Shown piece after piece: positions 57,341 to 64,000 of a stretch of 64,000 nt of DNA. Numbering within the stretch: position 1 is the stretch's first letter; the number at the start of each line of letters is the position of its first letter. Below the pieces are notes generated by a model that was not told the DNA's origin, did not search any database, and saw only the letters and a program-made list of their open reading frames with translations. This DNA is from a virus. Made by a program: the position numbers and the translations under genes. Location: IMG/VR virus record IMGVR_UViG_3300031758_000006; one strand, given 5' to 3'.

Positions 57341-57490
57341 ATGGGATGTGGATGTAAAAACAAAGGGAACCAACAAGCTGCTCCGGCTCCTCAACAACAA
57401 GTTAACACTCAGAATGAGGGTACAAAAAATCAAACTGTACAGGAATCTGTGAAAAAAATTGTTGAGAGATATTATAACAATAAGAAATAA
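57341..57490 (+). CDS. small protein (MGCGCKNKG...), 49 aa
   Basis: Start at MGCGC; TATTTAT at 57302-57308; terminator downstream. Confidence 0.65.
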   Translation: MGCGCKNKGNQQAAPAPQQQVNTQNEGTKNQTVQESVKKIVERYYNNKK

Positions 57491-57515
57491 TCCCTTTGTC
57501 AACTAAAAGACTTAG

Positions 57516-57542
57516 AAGGTGGGAATGTTTCCACCTTTTTTT
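57516..57542 (+). terminator. intrinsic terminator
   Basis: aaggtgg..ccacctt followed by a T-tract. Confidence 0.7.
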
Positions 57543-57564
57543 GTATTTATATTAAAAGTAAAGT

Positions 57565-58677
57565 ATGAAGCCTTCAGATATTATTGAGTTATTTAACGAT
57601 GGTGAATGGGAAAAAATTTCCAAATTCTTCAATAATGATATAATGACATTTTTAAAATTTTCAATTAGTAAAGGATTCTCAAATCGTTTGGATATATCTA
57701 ACATATCCTGGAGGGAGTTTGAGGAAAATGAAAATTTATTTGATTTTTTAGCTGAGAACGGTTTTTTGGATAACGTTGACTACGATTCATTGGATGATGA
57801 TCTTAAAAACTATTACTTATATTGGTGGTTAAATGAAAATCCAGATGAGTGTCTTCAGTATATATCTGGTGGGATATTATCGGATGTTGAGATTAGAGGT
57901 GAGGGTGAGTATTGGTTAAGACTTAGAGACCGTGATGAATTGGTGGTGTTTTTTGATGATACTGGTAGGGATGTTACAGCTCGTGATTTAGCTAAAGGTA
58001 TTTTTGAGGAGGAAGATAGGTGGTATGACAGATTCTGGGACACCACGGATAATGTTTACCGAGATGTCATCGATGAACTTGATGATAGTAATTTACGGGT
58101 TTTAGCTAGTCGTATTCTCAAAGAGATCGGTAACCAGGATCTAAACATAGAAGATTATGGGTCTGATTTCTTTCACGAATTAATGAAACAACAAGGTAGG
58201 GAAGATTTTTTCCAAATAACTGATGATGTTATTTATGATTTAATAAAGGATCAGGAAGCTATGGAGGAATTACTTGATGGTGACCTAGATGAACTAAAAG
58301 GTGAGTTATATAATGTACATGATAACGCGTATAACAGTGCGTATGAGAGTGAATGTTATGATTTAGTTTATGATGGTCTTGATGAATTCTTCTCATCAAA
58401 AATAACTGAGGAAATGACAAAATCTGGTGATAAAACAAAATATACCCCCTATATTAGAATTAGTGATTTTTATAACAATGTTAAATCATTTGTTTATGAA
58501 AATAGGGGTCGTGGTTATAGTGATGGGTTATTGGAGTATCATGGATCATATACTGAAATGATGAGGTCCCTATTTGATGATAATGAATATGAGCAAATTG
58601 ATTTTAGAATTCCTGGGTACCCTGATTGGGATCGTGTTAATAACAACATAAATGAATTTTTCTCAGATTATATATAA
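57565..58677 (+). CDS. very acidic hypothetical protein (paralog A)
   Basis: TATTTAT at 57544-57550; N-terminus homologous to 58677..59663. Confidence 0.8.
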   Translation: MKPSDIIELFNDGEWEKISKFFNNDIMTFLKFSISKGFSNRLDISNISWREFEENENLFDFLAENGFLDNVDYDSLDDDLKNYYLYWWLNENPDECLQYISGGILSDVEIRGEGEYWLRLRDRDELVVFFDDTGRDVTARDLAKGIFEEEDRWYDRFWDTTDNVYRDVIDELDDSNLRVLASRILKEIGNQDLNIEDYGSDFFHELMKQQGREDFFQITDDVIYDLIKDQEAMEELLDGDLDELKGELYNVHDNAYNSAYESECYDLVYDGLDEFFSSKITEEMTKSGDKTKYTPYIRISDFYNNVKSFVYENRGRGYSDGLLEYHGSYTEMMRSLFDDNEYEQIDFRIPGYPDWDRVNNNINEFFSDYI

Positions 58678-59663
58678 TGAAAGTTTCAGAACTAATAGAT
58701 AGATTTAATAATGGTGAATGGTATAAAATTTCAAAACTATTCAACAATGATTTATCCACATTTATAAATTTTTTTGATAAAAAAGGATTACTGGATAAGA
58801 TTGACATAGAATCAATTAATCGAAATGATGATGATGGTACAATAAATCAAGTGTGTTTAATGTATTTGGATAAATATGGTCCTGATTACTTTTTGAAGTA
58901 CCTTGGTGATGTACAAAAAAATGAGGACGGGTATTTTTTAAAATTAGATGATTTATCTGAGTTATCTAAATTATTTGATTCTGGGGACAGTCGTGGTATG
59001 ACTGATGAAGAGATTGTCAGTGAGGTACTCAGTCCAGATTGGTTTGAGATGTATACTTTTTCTAGTCGTGATGTTGATTGGTACAGTGATATTGTGGATG
59101 ATTTAAATGATGATAACTTAAAAACTTTAAAGGGTGTTGTATTGGATAAATTATCCGGTGTTGAGTTTGATAGTGAAGATTTCAATGATGAGTGGTTTTA
59201 TGACCAATCAGACGATAATGGTATGTTCACCATAAATGAAACAAACATAGACCAGGTATTTTCTGATAAAAGTGTTTTTAATGAATTAATGTGGTTAGAT
59301 AGTCTAAGTGAGACTAGAAGTGAGTTATATTCACTATATTCATTATCTTATAATGAAGCGTGGAACGATGAGGTATATGAACAAATTAAAATAAAAATTT
59401 CTGATTATTTTGATGGTGATCACATATGGGATAACGAAGATGTTTACTTTAAAATAAAGAATTTTGAGGGTGACTTAAGGGATTTTATGACGTGTATGGA
59501 GGATTACTCAGATTCAATAATTGATAAATACGACTACTTAGACATGGTTAAAATGTATATGACTACGTGTGGTGAGGAACTTAGAATATACAACCCGGAA
59601 TACGCTGATAGTGATCTAGTGAAAAAAAACCTGAACGAGTATTTCTACAATTATATTAGTTAA
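58677..59663 (+). CDS. very acidic hypothetical protein (paralog B)
   Basis: FNNGEWYKISKLFNND versus FNDGEWEKISKFFNND. Confidence 0.8.
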   Translation: MKVSELIDRFNNGEWYKISKLFNNDLSTFINFFDKKGLLDKIDIESINRNDDDGTINQVCLMYLDKYGPDYFLKYLGDVQKNEDGYFLKLDDLSELSKLFDSGDSRGMTDEEIVSEVLSPDWFEMYTFSSRDVDWYSDIVDDLNDDNLKTLKGVVLDKLSGVEFDSEDFNDEWFYDQSDDNGMFTINETNIDQVFSDKSVFNELMWLDSLSETRSELYSLYSLSYNEAWNDEVYEQIKIKISDYFDGDHIWDNEDVYFKIKNFEGDLRDFMTCMEDYSDSIIDKYDYLDMVKMYMTTCGEELRIYNPEYADSDLVKKNLNEYFYNYIS

Positions 59664-59710
59664 CTATTTATATATTAAATTAATTTTCATATCAATTGTA
59701 AAAAAAAGAT

Positions 59711-60409
59711 ATGAGATTAATAAACAAAAATTCTAGAAGAGGTGTTGTTAACTTATTTTCAGAATTTGTATTATCCAAAATAAATAAAACAGAAAATTCC
59801 ATAATTCAGGTTACCGACTGTGGACCTTTTTTCGTTGTTAATGGTTTAACGACTAGTTTGTCAATTTTGGATTTAAACAAAGTAAGGGATGAGTTTGTCG
59901 ACTGGTTTAGTGAGGTATTAACCGATGTTGATATCGAAACCATAAATATAATCGATCTGATTAAGTATGGTGAAAAAATAAAGAATATTGAACGTGGGTG
60001 GGTTAAGGTAAATAGGTCACTGTACGTTGAGGAACCGGAACCGGTATCTGAAGTATCAGTAAGTTCTGAATTCCCGTATGGTCACAGTTTAAATTGTGGT
60101 CGATTAATGGTTTATTATTCCCACTACATTTTCAACCACTGTTACAGTTCAATTGGTACCGATGAGGTGTATTTTTATTTTACAAAAGAACTAGATGAGG
60201 ATGATGATTTTAAAATTAGGGTCATCACAAGTAAAGGTGATAAAGTTGACCATAGAGTTAAGTCGATGATACTGGACGTATTTGATTTTAATCTGGAAGA
60301 GTTTAGTAGTAAACTAACTAAGTATGATTTAATACATGATGTACTAGATCCAAATAAATCCAAACCTTACCTGATCCAAGACAGATTAAAAGATACTATT
60401 TTATTTTAA
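59711..60409 (+). CDS. hypothetical protein, possible degenerate S-adenosylmethionine synthetase fold
   Basis: Weak by-eye alignment to MetK N- and C-domain segments; catalytic GHPD absent. Confidence 0.35.
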   Translation: MRLINKNSRRGVVNLFSEFVLSKINKTENSIIQVTDCGPFFVVNGLTTSLSILDLNKVRDEFVDWFSEVLTDVDIETINIIDLIKYGEKIKNIERGWVKVNRSLYVEEPEPVSEVSVSSEFPYGHSLNCGRLMVYYSHYIFNHCYSSIGTDEVYFYFTKELDEDDDFKIRVITSKGDKVDHRVKSMILDVFDFNLEEFSSKLTKYDLIHDVLDPNKSKPYLIQDRLKDTILF

Positions 60410-60414
60410 AAACG

Positions 60415-60443
60415 AAACCCCCATTTTAAGTGGGGGTTTTTTT
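60415..60443. terminator. CCCCCA/TGGGGG hairpin, bidirectional, dispersed family
   Basis: aaacccccattttaagtgggggttttttt between convergent genes. Confidence 0.75.
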
Positions 60444-60729
60444 ATTTTTCAAAAAATTCTTTGATTATACCGACACCATCTTCCAGGTCGTCAAAATCCC
60501 TTTCGGGAGCGTATAAATTTGTACTAGGTTCTTCACTTTCCGGGGATTCAATCAACATAAACGCTGGAACAAATTCATTCTGTGTGACTTCCACAAACAT
60601 ATCATATTCTTCCTTGTGTTTATTTATATCCCTATCATAATAAGTGATGTTCTCTTTATCCAACATTTCTTTTAACATGTGACAATATGGACAAGATTCC
60701 ATAGTGAATAAAATAACTACCTTATCCAT
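60442..60729 (-). CDS. glutaredoxin
   Basis: CPYC active site, VPAF. Confidence 0.88.
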   Translation of the reverse strand: MDKVVILFTMESCPYCHMLKEMLDKENITYYDRDINKHKEEYDMFVEVTQNEFVPAFMLIESPESEEPSTNLYAPERDFDDLEDGVGIIKEFFEK

Positions 60730-61036
60730 TTATCAATTCGTTTACCATTCCGTTTATTTGTGACTCATTTAACACACCAACCTTGGTGTCAATGTTTTCA
60801 CCTGAGTTAAATACTTTGGTTGTTGGGATACTACGAATACCAAGTGACATAGCTATCTCACGATTCAAATCCACATTCATTGTAAACATGTGAACATCTG
60901 TTTTATTTTCTGATGATACCTTTTCAAATATTGGTTTCATCATTCTACATGGTCCACACCATTCAGCCCAGAATTCAACTATGATTTTTTCACCAGAGTT
61001 TATTTTTTCCTGTAAGTCAACGCTACTAATTTCCAT
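60722..61036 (-). CDS. trxA: thioredoxin
   Basis: FWAEWCGPCR, IRSIPT. Confidence 0.92.
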   Translation of the reverse strand: MEISSVDLQEKINSGEKIIVEFWAEWCGPCRMMKPIFEKVSSENKTDVHMFTMNVDLNREIAMSLGIRSIPTTKVFNSGENIDTKVGVLNESQINGMVNELING

Positions 61037-61037
61037 T

Positions 61038-61358
61038 TTATTTTAATTTTGTTAAATTTTTAATGAAGAGACTAACCTCATCAAATTGATCAGTTCTATA
61101 AATAATCTTCATTTGATAAATATCCTCATCTCTACTTTTGGATAAATATATTAGAAACCCGGATGGTGATATAAACGAAGCTTCATCGTGATACATGGTA
61201 CCGTTTAAAGAATATCCATCGAGATGTTTAATGGTATATTTTCTTTCCATCAACATAACTGGAGTTATTTTAACTGGATCTAAGTAATGTATTACAGAAT
61301 GTACCTTACCAGTATTCTCCTCAAGTTTTTTAATGAATTCTTCTTCTCGTTTAAACAT
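61038..61358 (-). CDS. hypothetical protein
   Basis: ORF in operon. Confidence 0.65.
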   Translation of the reverse strand: MFKREEEFIKKLEENTGKVHSVIHYLDPVKITPVMLMERKYTIKHLDGYSLNGTMYHDEASFISPSGFLIYLSKSRDEDIYQMKIIYRTDQFDEVSLFIKNLTKLK

Positions 61359-61370
61359 TGTATTCGATTA

Positions 61371-61397
61371 AAGGTGGGGGGTTTTACCCCCCCACTT
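61371..61397 (-). terminator. G/C-run hairpin downstream of the DUF932 gene
   Basis: gtgggggg-tttta-cccccccac. Confidence 0.55.
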
Positions 61398-61401
61398 ATA
61401 T

Positions 61402-62157
61402 TTAAATCATTTCCTCAGCGGTTTCCCAGAGTTTTGTGTTTATGTGATTGTTCTGTAAGATATTTTTAATACCTCTAAGTTTGGTTCGTCGACCGGAGTT
61501 TGACTTATATCCAACCCCACCACGAACAAACTTCTCCTGAACAACATTGAACACCTTCCAAAGATCATCACCTTCGTCCTCAGATCTATTTGGTGTTAAC
61601 AAGTCCATAATATCCAAGTCTGTCGGTTTTGATCCGGTATTCCATCTAAATTTAGATGATTTCATAGCAAAGTCAATCTTTTCTTCTAGAGTTAATTCTC
61701 TTTCCATCATTCTATCAATTGACTGTTGGATTCTAGGTAGTCTTTTGGAGAAGCTCTCAGTTAACTTTTTAACATCATCGAACTCAAACCCTGTATGTCT
61801 AACGTCAAATCTGTCAGCTACTGAGGTGGGTACAATCAATCCGTTACTACAAACTAATCGGTGTAGTCCAGATGTAATTGATAGAGCGGACATACCGTTG
61901 TGTGAGTTTCTAATCACAGCTTCAACAAGGGTATCACCAACTTTAGGTAATTCACCATTTCGAAGTCTTAACTCATGTAGGGAATGAATTCCTCGACCAC
62001 TTTGTTTAACTGAAGATACTTTCCACCCTTCACGATCAAAAAATTCAATGATTTGATCTGTCGGTACAAATTTGTATCGACTTGTCATTTTTGGTGACGC
62101 TGATGTAGCGAATACTGATGGAGCTACTTGTTTGATTAATTCTGGGGTGTAGATCAT
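61402..62157 (-). CDS. DUF932 family protein
   Basis: NSHNGMS..GLHRLVCSNGLIV; EGDDLWKVFNVVQE. Confidence 0.85.
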   Translation of the reverse strand: MIYTPELIKQVAPSVFATSASPKMTSRYKFVPTDQIIEFFDREGWKVSSVKQSGRGIHSLHELRLRNGELPKVGDTLVEAVIRNSHNGMSALSITSGLHRLVCSNGLIVPTSVADRFDVRHTGFEFDDVKKLTESFSKRLPRIQQSIDRMMERELTLEEKIDFAMKSSKFRWNTGSKPTDLDIMDLLTPNRSEDEGDDLWKVFNVVQEKFVRGGVGYKSNSGRRTKLRGIKNILQNNHINTKLWETAEEMI

Positions 62158-62184
62158 GTTATTTAATTTAGATTAATAATAACA

Positions 62185-62215
62185 CAAATATAAGGGTTTT
62201 TTTGGTATAAACAAA
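62185..62215 (-). promoter_or_regulatory. Bacteroidota sigmaA promoter TTTG-N19-TATATTTG
   Basis: Exact consensus boxes. Confidence 0.75.
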
Positions 62216-62225
62216 TTTTTTTAAA

Positions 62226-62510
62226 TTAATTCATTATTATATCACCAAATTTTGTTTTCATTACCAGTTTACTAACCTCAGAATGGTCATTAATTTGTGG
62301 TATTTTCATTTCAACAACGATATTAATAATTTGTTCCCTGGTTAAAATTATATCCAAACCTTTTTTGTGGTTATCTTCCGATTTTTCCCTCAATTTTGTG
62401 TAAAATTCCTCTTTCTGGATTTCACCAATTAGTATTAATAGGTCATTTGGGTTAGTTTCAAAGAACCTAATTAGATTTGAGATATAAATCTCGATGTCTA
62501 CGTTTTTCAT
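62226..62510 (-). CDS. hypothetical protein
   Basis: 94-aa ORF. Confidence 0.7.
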   Translation of the reverse strand: MKNVDIEIYISNLIRFFETNPNDLLILIGEIQKEEFYTKLREKSEDNHKKGLDIILTREQIINIVVEMKIPQINDHSEVSKLVMKTKFGDIIMN

Positions 62511-62516
62511 ATATAA

Positions 62517-64000
62517 TTAAAAGTCAAAGGTTGCTGGACAGTGTTGTTTCATCTCTGGTGGGAAATTAGGTTGTACATAACCCATAAATTCATCCTCAAT
62601 AAAATATTGTTTAGCTGATTCAGGTATACTATTTTCATCAATCCCGGATCCGGATGTTGATAAAAACTCCAAACAAGTTAAATTAACAATTGATTTTGGT
62701 AGTTTTGTCAATCTAGGACAATTCAATAAGTTTAAGAAAACTAAAAACTTACATTGTCCGATAGCTTCTGGAATTGATTTGATATAATTGTCAACAATTA
62801 ACATTTGTAAGTTGGTAAATTGAGCTATCTCGTTTGGTAAATCAAGATATAGGGATCCCTTACTTGTATTCTCAAGTGAAACATATGTTATTTTGGTTTT
62901 ATCTTTAACACTAGCAAATAATTTTTCCAATCCAAATATAGCGGAAAATTTAGCGTTAATGTTTGATGGGTAACTTATTTCTAAAGATGATCCACCAAAT
63001 TGTTCGTCAATACCAAATTCAATTTCCTTTGTGTATATTTCTCTAATTTTTTCTTTGTGTTTTTTCATTAACGGACTATTGATGAGAGCGATATCTAACT
63101 CGGTTAATTCCTTTAATGATTTATTTTCAAATTGTTTTACTTTTTCTCTCAAATAATAAGCGACTACATCTGGTTCTGAATCCTGAACCATTTGAGCGTT
63201 TAACGGTAAACTTAAACCAATGTATTTCTTTTTAAGTTCTGGTGTTAGATTCTTGTAAATTTCAGAACCACCACTTCTATTACTCAAATCTGGACCAACC
63301 AATTCTAACCACAATTCAGCTTCAGCTTCAGACCCTAATTCTTTAATAGCGTCAGTACTAACTCTAGCACTCTCAATTCTATTCATATGTTCCCTATCCT
63401 CATCACTAATTGGTAATGGTTTAAATAAATCCTCCTTACCTTTTAGTAGTGGGAACTTTTCGGTGATTTCATTCCAACTAACTGTTTGACCTCCGGACCA
63501 TCGTCCTGAGTTAGTAGCGTCAGCCAATCTTTTATCACCATATCTATCAACAAGGACAACACCAGCGTGATTTGGGTGTGTTCTATAGTTTGCTGGTTGT
63601 GTTAAATCAATTACGTAATATAACGTTAAATTTTGTTTTAATCTGTAATTGTAATAGTAGTTACCCGCTCTATCCCAGGATGTACACCAACTTGAGTTAG
63701 GTGCGTATTTTTTTCTAATTCTGATACATTCATTTTTTATTGTTGGTAAAAATACTAATAATTCATCATCTTCATATATTGTTTTGATATCATCCAGGTC
63801 AATACCTACTTTCGTTTCATCCTCTTCGTCCACAGGTAAAGCATCAACAATATGTTCGAATTCATCAAATGTCATTAACATTAACGGTTTAGTGTTGAAT
63901 GGTATTTTTGAATAAGCGGTGGCGTAAGCTTCAAGTCTTGGTAAGACAATTTCAGGGGTTAATTCTGGATTTTCAGTTGCGAATTTTTTCCAACCAACAC
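62517..64000 (-). CDS. 5'-truncated protein: 'WC'-family domain + C-terminal leucine-rich repeats
   Basis: Frame stays open to the window edge (..VGWKKFATENPELTPE..); IYEDDELLVFLP..SSWCT; LPNEIAQFTNL/IPEAIGQCKFL/LPKSIVNLTCL repeats. Confidence 0.8.
   Translation of the reverse strand, partial: VGWKKFATENPELTPEIVLPRLEAYATAYSKIPFNTKPLMLMTFDEFEHIVDALPVDEEDETKVGIDLDDIKTIYEDDELLVFLPTIKNECIRIRKKYAPNSSWCTSWDRAGNYYYNYRLKQNLTLYYVIDLTQPANYRTHPNHAGVVLVDRYGDKRLADATNSGRWSGGQTVSWNEITEKFPLLKGKEDLFKPLPISDEDREHMNRIESARVSTDAIKELGSEAEAELWLELVGPDLSNRSGGSEIYKNLTPELKKKYIGLSLPLNAQMVQDSEPDVVAYYLREKVKQFENKSLKELTELDIALINSPLMKKHKEKIREIYTKEIEFGIDEQFGGSSLEISYPSNINAKFSAIFGLEKLFASVKDKTKITYVSLENTSKGSLYLDLPNEIAQFTNLQMLIVDNYIKSIPEAIGQCKFLVFLNLLNCPRLTKLPKSIVNLTCLEFLSTSGSGIDENSIPESAKQYFIEDEFMGYVQPNFPPEMKQHCPATFDF

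Noticed and set aside
1-64000. CRISPR array or Cas genes
   Set aside because: No regularly spaced direct repeats with unique spacers. The CCCCCA/TGGGGG hairpins are kilobases apart, and no Cas motifs were seen.
1-64000. Eukaryotic giant-virus origin, suggested by SET, LRR, Kunitz and Hsp70
   Set aside because: Bacterial-type DnaK, a sigma factor, peptidoglycan hydrolases, lipoproteins, Bacteroidota promoters and coupled operons all indicate a bacteriophage.
1-64000. Stop-codon reassignment
   Set aside because: Conserved genes (dnaK, ligase, sigma, trxA) are full length in the standard code, and coding density is high.

Overview
This is an AT-rich, gene-dense segment of a very large (jumbo/huge) tailed-phage genome, mostly coded on the minus strand, with no recognisable Shine-Dalgarno motifs. 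A Bacteroidota host is indicated by several TTTG-N19/20-TATATTTG promoters matching the Bacteroidota primary-sigma consensus, a FISUMP protein with a T9SS C-terminal sorting domain, and lipoprotein signal peptides. Recognisable genes: UvrC, DnaK, an ECF sigma factor, seven or eight peptidoglycan-active enzymes (GH24, two SGNH-SLT fusions, PG-binding M23, an SLT-like protein, GH25, RlpA), RNA end-healing/ligation enzymes, SET, Smr, NUDIX, thioredoxin, glutaredoxin, DUF932, a ferritin-like protein and two >1000-aa adhesin/fibre-like proteins. A second promoter-like motif (sense-strand TATTTAT) precedes genes whose products share an N-terminal (L/I)-x-E leader, suggesting a late regulon of head-packaged cargo. 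The best novelty candidates are: a ~155-nt nested-stem RNA element between a coiled-coil gene and its terminator (34724-34878); tandem esterase-lytic transglycosylase fusions; a sigma factor carrying the putative virion leader; a two-disulfide Kunitz-like domain; phage-encoded T9SS cargo; and a degenerate MetK-like protein. I saw no tRNA, rRNA, CRISPR array, integrase or transposase. Family assignments come from remembered motifs, not database searches.
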